Shown in pieces: positions 7,841 to 18,757 of a DNA stretch of 34,447 nt. The stretch comes from an uncultured bacterium. GTDB lineage: Bacteria > CAZSTA01. A model generated the notes under the pieces. The model was not told the DNA's origin. It saw nothing but the letters and a program-made list of their open reading frames with translations, and did no database searches. The position numbers and the translations under genes were made by a program. The stretch lies in NCBI GenBank assembly GCA_964609495.1, contig CAZSTA010000015.1, positions 1 through 34,447 on the forward strand. The letters run 5' to 3'. Every line of letters begins with the position of its first letter. Within the stretch, counting starts at the first letter, position 1.

Positions 7841-10800
7841 TTATCTGCCCCTAAGAAGCCTAGCGGCCTCATCGGCGTTGATCTTGCCTTGAGCTAGATC
7901 ATCTAAGATCTGCCTTCTCCTTTTAATCTTCATCCTGCTCAAGAATCTATCTATTACCATAAGATCAACCTTAGAACCGAGGGTTTCGAATATCTCTTTG
8001 GCTTCGTTCATAGCTTCTACCGCCTTATTAAATTCGCTCTTCTCTTTATACATAAGCCCTAGGCTATAATATCCCTTCCCTACCCAATAAGGAGTCTTAA
8101 CCTCCTTTCCTCTCTCTATGCTCTTTAATATATGGCTTTTCGCCTTATCCCATTCCCCTCGGGAAATATAGACCCTCCCTAATAGACGGGAGTGTTCGGT
8201 CTCCCACCCCATATAGGTGAATATATTGATTAAACCTGCCTCTTGAGAGAGGGCGATAGCTCTATCATTGTAATACTTGGCTTTTTTATGATCATCTATC
8301 TTAGAATATCCCTCTCCAACCAGGGCGTAGATGAAGGAGAGAAGAGGCTTACTCTCCATCCCCTCAGCCACCTCTAACAACCTCTCATAGCACTCGACCA
8401 TCTCCTCCCATCTCTCTTGATCCTTACGGATCTTCCCCAATTCCCAATAATATCGAACTAGAAGCAATTTGTAACCCGCCTTCTGAGCGTTATCGAACAT
8501 CTCATCTAAATACTGGATCGCCTCTTCATAATCTCCTCGGGTATATTTCATATATCCTAAAGCTCCATAAGCTATCGCTGACAAATTCGAATCTCCTATC
8601 TTCTCGCTCAACTGTATGCTTTGGAGGATATGCTCAATAGTGCCTTCGCTCCAATCGCCTAAACTCCATTGAGCTACACCTATCGCTAGATGAGATTTTG
8701 CCTCCTCAGAGATATCATCGATCTTTTGGGAGAACTCCAGGCTTAGATTAGCGAACTCGATCGCCTTCTTGAAATCGACCTGAGCCATATAGTAGGACAT
8801 CGCAAAGCTGTTATAGGTCAACGCCAACTCATGATAGTTATCCGTTCCTTCCAAAATAGCAAGAGCTTTTTTGTAAAATTCCCATTCCTTTTCCCGATCT
8901 TCCTTATAAATATATAGCCAGCCGAGATGATTATATAAGAGAGCCATCTGGGGAGAATTCGCCTGATCTACTCGCTCAAGTTCCTCCTTATCTTTATTGT
9001 AATATTCGATCGCCACCTCATACTTAGCCCTTCTTTCATATATCCAACCTATCATCCTATAGATATGAGCCGCTCTCTCGCCTTGGGGATTATGCTTTAA
9101 GACGAATTCATAGTTCTCTAACGCTTTATCGTATTCCCCTCGCGAATGGTAGGCATCACCTAAGCCCATACCGATAGCTATCTTATACTCAATAGTATCC
9201 TCCTCAGGAAGCCTGCCTAACCTCTCTTGGGCTTGTTTGTAATAATCAATAGCTGTCTCATTAGCGAATAATTCGAACGATTTTTCTCCTGCCTTTGCGA
9301 GATAATAAACTGCCTTCTTCTCATCATTCCCTTCTAAGAAATGATAGGCTAGCTCCTCGACCATCTCCTTGAGCTGATGAGGATATAGCTTCTCTATCGC
9401 TTTGCCCACCCGACGGTGAAGGATCGATCTCTTTCGCAAGCTTATATCCTGATAGAGAACCTCCCTTGTCTTGGAATGAATGAAGTTATATATATATGCC
9501 TCACAAAATCTCTTCTCCTCAATTAATTGGGAGCGTATCAACCCCTCCAGGATATCCATCAGCTCGTCCTCATCCTCTCCACTTATCTCCTGAAGAACAT
9601 CGAAGTCGAATTGCTGACCGATCACGGAGGCTAGGGTTAATATATCCAGGGACTTTTCGCCTAATCTATTTATCCTTCTTCTCACTATCCCTTGGATCCC
9701 GGCGGGGATTATGAAATCCCTCCTCTCATCTCGTTTCCAAATCCCATCTTCCCGATAGATGATCCTCTCCTCCACACAGGATTTGATCATCTCCTCGATG
9801 AAGAAAGGATTCCCTTCCGTCTCTCTATATATCCATCGAACTAGCGTCTCCGATATGTCCTTACTGCCGAGCATATAGCCGATCATCTGCTTGGTCGCCT
9901 CTTTGGAGAGTGGCTCGAGAGATATCAAGGAACAATTATCCTCTCTGCATAATTGAGGCACTAACTCGAATAGAGGATGTCCTCTCTGGACCTCCTCGTG
10001 GCGATAAGTTCCGCAGATAAGGACATTATCAGTCCTTATATTTCTTAGCAAATAGGGGAGGAAAGAAAAGGTCATCTCATCTGCCCACTGGAGATTTTCA
10101 AGACATAAGATCAGGGGTTTAGAGCGGGAGATCTTGGCTAAGAAGCGATAGAGAGCATCGAAGATATGATGCCGTTCTTGTTCAGGAGATAGTTCCTCTC
10201 TGGGCTTCAATCCTCGCATAAAGTCCCTTCTCGCTAATTCTGGGACTAGCTTGATCAATTCATTATCTATCCCATCTGTTACCTCGTAATCCACCTGGAG
10301 CAAATGGATCATCTCGAAGTAACCCTTTATGATCTCAGCAAAGGGTTGATAGGGGATATACTCTCGTTCGTAGCAGCTTCCCCTGAAGAAGAGAACTTGA
10401 CGCTGGGAACTGTGGAGATGTAATTCATCCAAGAGTCTCGTCTTTCCCGATCCAGCCTCTCCCTTTATAAGGACCATATTCCCGACTCCCACGAGAGCTT
10501 TACCTAATGCTCTCTTCAACGCTAATAACTCACTCTCTCGTCCCACCATCGGGGAGTTAAAGATCAAGTCAGTCTTTATAGGGGAGAGGGATTTATCTAT
10601 CTCGATTGTGGTCTCAACTCCTATTCCCTCCGCCAACTCGGAAAGATCCTTTAGCACCTCATCCGCTGATTGATATCGATCTATCGGATTCTTCTCCAGA
10701 AGTTTGAGGATTATCCTCTCCTCCTTCTCCGATAGTTCACTGTTATATTGACGGGGAGGAGCTGGTTTTTCACTTATATGTTTGTGGATAAGCGTGAGGG

Positions 10801-12295
10801 GATCTGAGTCCTCAAAAGGAAGTCTTCCGGTCACCATCTCATAGAGGATGACTCCTAAAGAGTAAAGATCGGAACGATAGTCGATATGCTCCCCTCTCCC
10901 TCGTTCAGGGGATATGTATTCCGCCGTCCTGATTATCGAGTTCGTCTGAGCCTCCGCGGTCATTACCTCCGCCATTCCGAAGTCCATCACCTTTACCTCT
11001 CCCTCATCCGTTATCATTATATTCATCGACTCGAGGTTGCGATGGACTATCCCCTGGGAGTGAATATAGCTTAGAGCTTGGCAGATCTGCATCGCGATCT
11101 CAAGCACCTCGGGAGAGGATAGCTTCCCTTCCATAACGGAGATGACCTGCTTCAGCGTCACCCCCTCGATATATTCCATCACGAAGAAGGGAATGCCCTT
11201 CTCAATCTCGAAGTCATAGACAGTGACAACATTGGGGTGATCAAGCTTCATTAAAGCTCGAAACTCGCGCCTGAAGTGTTGCCTTCCTCCCTCCACATCG
11301 CCCTCTATCTGAAGCATCTTAATCGCTACCGGGCGATTCAACTCTACATCCCGGGCTTTATAGACAATGCCAATATTACCCCCTAACCTTTCCTCGATCC
11401 GATAGCGTCCCTTTATCATCTGTCCACCAGTTATATAGAAAGGAGATGAACTGAATTTCTCATAGATTCGTATAGCTTCCAGAACTTCATCAGCAGAGGA
11501 GTATCGATCGTTTGGATCCTTCTTAAGAAGCTTAAGGACTATCCTCTCTAAAGGCTCTGGAATATCAGGGTTGATAGTTGTGGGAGGAGTGGGAGTTTGA
11601 TGGACGTGCCTATAGAGAATCGTAACTGGGTCATCGGCTGTAAATGGCACATAGCCTGTTAGAGCTTCGTAAAGGATAACACCTAGAGAGTAAAGATCAC
11701 TGCGACCATCCACCTCCTTCCCCTGAGCCTGTTCGGGAGAGAGATAGTAAGCGGTGCCCGTCGTTTCTACCGTCTTGGTGATCTTCGCGGCCCCTATTAT
11801 CTTGGCAAGACCAAAGTCAGTCAGCTTGATCCGCCAGCTACCATCAGCGGGAACAAGAATATTCTCCGGCTTAAGATCGCGGTGGATAACTCCCTGACTG
11901 TGAGCATAGGCTAAGGCATCGAGGATATTTCGAGCGATCTTAATTGCTATCTCCTGGGGTAGAAGGGAAACTTGCTTCTTCATCTCTTTCCTCAGATCGC
12001 CTCCTTCAACATACTCCAGGATCAGGTAATAAAGGGATTCACTCTGCTCGAAGTCATAGATGGTGACGATATTGGGATGCGAGAGTCTAGCTATAGAACG
12101 AGCTTCCCTTAAGAATCTCTCCTCAGCCTCCTCGTCCATCACCTGAGGAGGTATAACCTTAATAGCTACGGTTCGATTTAGGATCGTATCATAAGCTCTA
12201 TAGACTACCCCCATCCCTCCTGAGCCAAGTTGACTATCTATTCGATAGCGATCTTTGGAGAGAGAAGTGAGGTTTCCTAATATAGAAGTCCACAT
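7841..12295 (-). CDS. Multidomain Ser/Thr kinase - pseudokinase - AAA/STAND-like NTPase - TPR array - SHOCT-like tail
   Basis: Kinase 1: GSGGMG, VAIK, HRDLKPEN, DFG, SPE. Kinase 2: VAIK, HRNLESMN, DFG. Walker A GEAGSGKT, LENLQWAD, EGNPFFIEE; about ten TPR-like repeats. ATG 12295 has GGAG 9 nt upstream (the track starts at TTG 12310). Confidence 0.92.
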   Translation of the reverse strand: MWTSILGNLTSLSKDRYRIDSQLGSGGMGVVYRAYDTILNRTVAIKVIPPQVMDEEAEERFLREARSIARLSHPNIVTIYDFEQSESLYYLILEYVEGGDLRKEMKKQVSLLPQEIAIKIARNILDALAYAHSQGVIHRDLKPENILVPADGSWRIKLTDFGLAKIIGAAKITKTVETTGTAYYLSPEQAQGKEVDGRSDLYSLGVILYEALTGYVPFTADDPVTILYRHVHQTPTPPTTINPDIPEPLERIVLKLLKKDPNDRYSSADEVLEAIRIYEKFSSSPFYITGGQMIKGRYRIEERLGGNIGIVYKARDVELNRPVAIKMLQIEGDVEGGRQHFRREFRALMKLDHPNVVTVYDFEIEKGIPFFVMEYIEGVTLKQVISVMEGKLSSPEVLEIAMQICQALSYIHSQGIVHRNLESMNIMITDEGEVKVMDFGMAEVMTAEAQTNSIIRTAEYISPERGRGEHIDYRSDLYSLGVILYEMVTGRLPFEDSDPLTLIHKHISEKPAPPRQYNSELSEKEERIILKLLEKNPIDRYQSADEVLKDLSELAEGIGVETTIEIDKSLSPIKTDLIFNSPMVGRESELLALKRALGKALVGVGNMVLIKGEAGSGKTRLLDELHLHSSQRQVLFFRGSCYEREYIPYQPFAEIIKGYFEMIHLLQVDYEVTDGIDNELIKLVPELARRDFMRGLKPREELSPEQERHHIFDALYRFLAKISRSKPLILCLENLQWADEMTFSFLPYLLRNIRTDNVLICGTYRHEEVQRGHPLFELVPQLCREDNCSLISLEPLSKEATKQMIGYMLGSKDISETLVRWIYRETEGNPFFIEEMIKSCVEERIIYREDGIWKRDERRDFIIPAGIQGIVRRRINRLGEKSLDILTLASVIGQQFDFDVLQEISGEDEDELMDILEGLIRSQLIEEKRFCEAYIYNFIHSKTREVLYQDISLRKRSILHRRVGKAIEKLYPHQLKEMVEELAYHFLEGNDEKKAVYYLAKAGEKSFELFANETAIDYYKQAQERLGRLPEEDTIEYKIAIGMGLGDAYHSRGEYDKALENYEFVLKHNPQGERAAHIYRMIGWIYERRAKYEVAIEYYNKDKEELERVDQANSPQMALLYNHLGWLYIYKEDREKEWEFYKKALAILEGTDNYHELALTYNSFAMSYYMAQVDFKKAIEFANLSLEFSQKIDDISEEAKSHLAIGVAQWSLGDWSEGTIEHILQSIQLSEKIGDSNLSAIAYGALGYMKYTRGDYEEAIQYLDEMFDNAQKAGYKLLLVRYYWELGKIRKDQERWEEMVECYERLLEVAEGMESKPLLSFIYALVGEGYSKIDDHKKAKYYNDRAIALSQEAGLINIFTYMGWETEHSRLLGRVYISRGEWDKAKSHILKSIERGKEVKTPYWVGKGYYSLGLMYKEKSEFNKAVEAMNEAKEIFETLGSKVDLMVIDRFLSRMKIKRRRQILDDLAQGKINADEAARLLRGR

Positions 12296-12330
12296 TATAT
12301 ATTTCTCCAAGAAGGATACTTAGAATGCAT

Positions 12331-12771
12331 TTATTTGCTCTCCTCGCTCCCTTTTTCCTTGGGCTTAATCTTATATTCGACTATATTGGCGTCTATATCC
12401 AGTTGCCCTTTCTTCTTAGCCATCGCGACCCGGTGATGTCCATCGATGACGTAGTATTCGCTCTTCCCTTCCACCTTCAATTTATATACATCGATGGGAG
12501 GCAAGACTTTATCGGCATCCATAGCCTTACCTATATTTTTAAATCTCTGAGTAGGTTTTCTCTTCTTATAGAAGAATTTGCTATTCATATCATCTGCTCT
12601 ACTTACGCTTCCCACGATCTTATTCACGTTTACAGGCTGGACTCCCCTATCTCTTCCAGTTCCAACAAGCTTGAACTTTTTGAGCTCCTCGTCGAAGTCC
12701 CTGAGGCCTTGGCTTTCGTGGAACAGCTTATCCTTAACTGATTTTACAAGATCCTTTAATATCCTCGCCAT
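12331..12771 (-). CDS. Small stand-alone ParB/Sulfiredoxin-fold protein (like the ParB-like domain of DUF4032-associated proteins)
   Basis: KIVGSVSR...LPPIDVYK...YYVIDGHHRVAMAK; GGAGGT RBS; no HTH or dimerisation domain. Confidence 0.8.
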   Translation of the reverse strand: MARILKDLVKSVKDKLFHESQGLRDFDEELKKFKLVGTGRDRGVQPVNVNKIVGSVSRADDMNSKFFYKKRKPTQRFKNIGKAMDADKVLPPIDVYKLKVEGKSEYYVIDGHHRVAMAKKKGQLDIDANIVEYKIKPKEKGSEESK

Positions 12772-12827
12772 TTCTCTGACCTCCCTCGGGGATAGAAATT
12801 AGATGACCAAAAACCAGCCGCTATTTT

Positions 12828-12878
12828 AAAGGAAACTTTTGCAGGCAACAAAACTCGAGGTTCAAAAGTTTCCTTTAC
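12828..12878. repeat. ~50-bp mini inverted-repeat element
   Basis: AAAGGAAACTTTTG...CAAAAGTTTCCTTT perfect arms; relatives at 25064-25117 and 7542-7574. Confidence 0.8.
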
Positions 12879-13055
12879 ACTCTCCCCTAACCCCTCCCAT
12901 CTTGGTTTTTGCTGAATTAATAAGGCTATCAAAGAATCTTGTTAATTATCACCCTCCCCTAACCCCCTCCCATCAAGGGAGGGGGGAATAAAGGGCTTTA
13001 GTTCAATCTCAGTGTTCCCTCTCCCCTCGTGGGAGAGGGATAGGATGAGGGGGGA
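12879..13055. repeat. Composite repeat: half REP unit A, a conserved spacer, then a full REP A/B doublet
   Basis: 12879-12932 is nearly identical to 34394-34447; 12950-13055 is the same A/B doublet as 22826-22944 and, inverted, 25030-25186. Confidence 0.88.
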
Positions 13056-13143
13056 TTTATATCTTGAACTGACAATCGAAAAACTGATAATAGGAACTTA
13101 TTTCTTTGAAACTACTTAAAGAATAACTTATGCCATCACATAT

Positions 13144-13172
13144 AGTATAAGGTAAATATGTGAAATTGTCAA
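13144..13172 (-). promoter_or_regulatory. sigmaA promoter upstream of the ParB-like/kinase operon
   Basis: TTGACA-17 nt-TATACT on the minus strand; nearly identical to 25248-25276. Confidence 0.75.
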
Positions 13173-13595
13173 GTATCTGAAGGAGCATCTCTCTTACTAG
13201 CTTGTTTTTGAACTTTCTAATATATTGTATCATACTTTCATTAAAAGAACGTTTCGGGAAAATTAAGTTCTTATTAAACTATTTGAGAAGCAGATATAAA
13301 TCCTCGAGAACCAGCTCTAAGAATATATTTTAAATTACAACTCTGTCCATTTCATACTATAATGATATTTGTGATTAATTACGACCGCTCTTCAAGTATC
13401 TGGCAAATCAATCCCTTAGCCTGATGACTAAGGTGCTTCCAGCTATATTCTACAAGAGATGTTTACAACCAATCGATTATTGGTTGTAATAGGGAAGGTC
13501 TATTGAATTGAGAGGAGAAAAGATCGGTTGGATGAAGAGGAACGAGGTCAAGATCGGTGAAAGATAATATGTGATTTAGAAGGACGTGTTGGTGA

Positions 13596-13955
13596 ATGGG
13601 GATTTTTCTTGGCGTGATTATAGCCTTTATTGGGATGCTCTTCTTTGGATCATTCATAAAGGATTTTAGAGAGAGTAGGAGATTATACAGAGAGGGAATT
13701 ATAACCACCGGAATTATATTTAATAAGGATAGACCTGTCATCATTGATTGGGATAGAAATGTCGGAAGGATTCAGCGAAAATATTATAGAGTGTATTATA
13801 AGTTCGATGAAAATGGGTATAAGGATAGGCATGAGGTTTCAGGGGAATTTTGGGATAAAGTCAAGATCGGCGATTCGATAGAGATACGCTATTTGCCCGA
13901 TGAACCAGATATGAACATGATAGTGGGAGTTCCTCATCATATCCCTATACAATAA
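13596..13955 (+). CDS. DUF3592-like membrane-anchored protein
   Basis: N-terminal TM helix, G..TTG.I, YRVYYKF and KIGDSIEIRYLPDEP (IxVxYxPxxP) motif. Confidence 0.7.
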   Translation: MGIFLGVIIAFIGMLFFGSFIKDFRESRRLYREGIITTGIIFNKDRPVIIDWDRNVGRIQRKYYRVYYKFDENGYKDRHEVSGEFWDKVKIGDSIEIRYLPDEPDMNMIVGVPHHIPIQ

Positions 13956-14013
13956 GGCAACTTATAGGATAGAAAGGTAAGTAGCAATTTGTTAATCTCG
14001 GTCGAAGAACTCG

Positions 14014-14038
14014 CCCCTCTCCTCTAAGGAGAAGGGGG
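14014..14038. terminator. GC-rich hairpin (REP-like variant) between convergent genes
   Basis: CCCCTCTCCT-CTA-AGGAGAAGGGG between the DUF3592 and queT stops. Confidence 0.45.
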
Positions 14039-14065
14039 AGCCCTCCCTCAACATCCCTCCTAACT

Positions 14066-14596
14066 TCACTTCCTAACGATAAAGTCGAAGACGTTCCTCC
14101 TTCTCCTTATCAAAAGAAGAAGTGGATATCCCAACAGATAACAGGCTATAAACTCCCCTATTCCAATACTCAACACAAAGGCCCAATAGGGCGATAATCT
14201 CTGAACGAGAGGAAGAAATATATCTGGAGGCTGTAAAATCAGGTGAAGATAAACACTCACCCCTAAGGCGTTCACTATCACTGGTGGTAAAGGCGCTAAA
14301 AGAGGACGATCGATCTTAGAGGTGAGATAAGTAAGGTAGGCGGCAACCAGGGTGCATAGGCTCCCTCCGATGATATCGTATATCCCTAATCCTCCAGCCA
14401 GATTAGCGATAATTACCCCTAGGAATAACCCTAAGATAGCATGAGGATCGAAAAAGGGGAGGATCGTCAGAGCCTCGGAAACCCTGACCTGGATGAAACC
14501 ATAGCTTATCGGAGCGAAGACCAAAGTTATAACCGCATAAATCGCCGCGATAATCGCTACCCTTGCTATATCAGCCGCCTTAATCCTCGAAGACAT
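14066..14596 (-). CDS. queT: QueT-family queuosine precursor transporter (ECF S component)
   Basis: AAIYAVIT..APISYGFIQVRVSEALTILP, GLFLG..IAN, PPVIVNA signature; lies downstream of tgt-yajC. Confidence 0.9.
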   Translation of the reverse strand: MSSRIKAADIARVAIIAAIYAVITLVFAPISYGFIQVRVSEALTILPFFDPHAILGLFLGVIIANLAGGLGIYDIIGGSLCTLVAAYLTYLTSKIDRPLLAPLPPVIVNALGVSVYLHLILQPPDIFLPLVQRLSPYWAFVLSIGIGEFIACYLLGYPLLLLIRRRRNVFDFIVRK

Positions 14597-14599
14597 CTG

Positions 14600-14929
14600 T
14601 TATAAAGTCTCCCCTTCTTCTGCGAGATCCTCTCTCTTTCTACCTACTGAACTCTTAGATAACTTCACTCTAGTCCCTTTTGCTATCTCTAGAGTTACCG
14701 TATCATCTCTAACCTCGATTATCGTCCCATAGATTCCGCCTACGGTAACGACCTTTTCTCCCTTCCTCAAGCTAACAACCATCTCTCGATGCCTCTTCCT
14801 CCTCTGCTGTTCGGGTCTAATCGCTATGAAGTAGAAGATCCCGATCATAATTATGAAAGGCATCAACAATCCTACAATCGATCCTCCAGCTGGAGCTGCC
14901 TGGGCTATCAGCGAAATGTATTGAAACAT
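14600..14929 (-). CDS. yajC: Preprotein translocase subunit YajC
   Basis: IFYFIAIRPEQQRRK, LRKGEKVVTVGGIYGTI; follows tgt. Confidence 0.96.
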   Translation of the reverse strand: MFQYISLIAQAAPAGGSIVGLLMPFIIMIGIFYFIAIRPEQQRRKRHREMVVSLRKGEKVVTVGGIYGTIIEVRDDTVTLEIAKGTRVKLSKSSVGRKREDLAEEGETL

Positions 14930-14940
14930 ATTTTTCCCCC

Positions 14941-17219
<2,279 letters not shown>

Positions 17220-17238
17220 GGCTGGAAATTGTTCATCC

Positions 17239-18483
17239 TCAATCTTTCAGTTTTACCCGATATAGGCTGATCCCTTGATAATAGTGCGTAAGTATCTGAG
17301 CGTAATTATACCCCTCCAAAGCCATCCCTCGTGCTCCCCATTGACTGAGTCCCACCCCATGCCCCCAACCTCTACCATCAAACTCGATCATATCTGGTTG
17401 AGAGCGACCGGCTATAACAAGGGTCTCGAATCGATCCGAGAGGGGAGATAGATCATCTTCACCTAGGCCGAAGTCGGAGTTAGCCCGACTAGGATAGATC
17501 TTGACCCGAAATAGGGTGCTTCTAAGCTTGTTAACTCCTAATATGAGACGCAGTCTCTCCCCTCCGATCTCAGTCGTTCCTTTGCTATGGACTATCCTCA
17601 ACTTGATCGCCCTTCCGCTTTTGCTTATAACACTTGGAACTATCGAATAGATAGTCCCTATCGCTATCCCATAGCGACGCAGGGCGCGAGCAAATTCGGT
17701 CGAGGTCATCCTCAATCTCCAATGCCTATAAGGAGAGCCAGTTTCGAAGTTGAAGGAGGAAACACCGCGTAAATAAGGGAAATACTTTCCCCATACGTTT
17801 TCACTATCCTCGGTATATCCTCCACTATCAGAATGATAAACTGAGTTTATAACCTTCTTATTGTATCCCATTACCACATTAACGGTTTCCTTGACCGCTT
17901 GATTAGTGTAAGGATGCTCTCCAGCGATACCCTTGTATCCCTGACAGTGAAAGGGATCGGTACATAGATCAAAGCCATCTGATTTATGTTTTCCCAAGTT
18001 ATAGAGGGTATAGGTGCGCGCTACTATAGCTTGGGCTTTAGCGGCCTCAGCAGGCCAATCAGCTCTTATCTCCGCGCCCATCACTCCTTGTATATATTCA
18101 TCTAGCTCTAATCTATTAATTATATTGAGCTTTCCCCTTGTATTTCTCCGAACTATGATGCTTCCTCGATAATATTTCCCGTTGAATATCACAAAGGATT
18201 TACCTACTGGCTTGACCTCAAGCTCTCCAGTTCTTATCGTCTTGCCAGCTATATAGATACCGCCAGATGCTGTCTTGAACCTCCAATAACAAGCGGAATC
18301 GCTCTGCCTTATAACTTCATCGCCACCGAGATCGATAACTTGACTAGCCCCACTCGCTCCTACCGCTGCCGTATCCCAATCGGTAGCCAGCCCAATACGG
18401 ACAAAGATCGGATTCGCATAGGTATATGAGGTTGAGAGCAAAAGAGATAAAAATAATGCCAAAAAGAGTTTGAGATACCTCAC
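17239..18483 (-). CDS. SpoIID/LytB-domain protein (secreted peptidoglycan hydrolase family)
   Basis: Signal peptide; YRGSI, Y..GV..AE, AKAQAIVARTY, CQGYKG, GRGWGHGVGLSQWGA, ILTHYYQG. Confidence 0.93.
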   Translation of the reverse strand: MRYLKLFLALFLSLLLSTSYTYANPIFVRIGLATDWDTAAVGASGASQVIDLGGDEVIRQSDSACYWRFKTASGGIYIAGKTIRTGELEVKPVGKSFVIFNGKYYRGSIIVRRNTRGKLNIINRLELDEYIQGVMGAEIRADWPAEAAKAQAIVARTYTLYNLGKHKSDGFDLCTDPFHCQGYKGIAGEHPYTNQAVKETVNVVMGYNKKVINSVYHSDSGGYTEDSENVWGKYFPYLRGVSSFNFETGSPYRHWRLRMTSTEFARALRRYGIAIGTIYSIVPSVISKSGRAIKLRIVHSKGTTEIGGERLRLILGVNKLRSTLFRVKIYPSRANSDFGLGEDDLSPLSDRFETLVIAGRSQPDMIEFDGRGWGHGVGLSQWGARGMALEGYNYAQILTHYYQGISLYRVKLKD

Positions 18484-18519
18484 CGCCCAGCTCTTTCCTT
18501 TCTATAGGTTATCATCGTT

Positions 18520-18741
18520 CTACCTAAGCCACCTTATTATAGCCAGGATAATGTTTATAATCAGGCTTATAAGGATGAGGGTTACTATAGGGAAATAGAT
18601 AGTGAAATTCCTGCGTTGTATAAGAATATCCCCCGGCAATCTGCCGAGGAAGGGGATCTTATCCGCCAACATCAAAATCCCACCAATTACAACTAAGAAC
18701 AAGCCTACGGTTAATAATATCTTCCCCATCGAAATAAGCAT
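18520..18741 (-). CDS. DUF2905 family small membrane protein
   Basis: LGRLPGDI...FPIVT motif; usual position after ruvB. Confidence 0.9.
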   Translation of the reverse strand: MLISMGKILLTVGLFLVVIGGILMLADKIPFLGRLPGDILIQRRNFTIYFPIVTLILISLIINIILAIIRWLR

Positions 18742-18757
18742 CAGGTATCACATCACT

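Noticed and set aside
12879-13055. CRISPR array
   Set aside because: Repeats are dispersed inverted doublets, not direct repeats with unique spacers; no cas genes.
13180-13590. AT-rich spacer as a pseudogene
   Set aside because: The frames I read have frequent stops and no recognisable protein motif.
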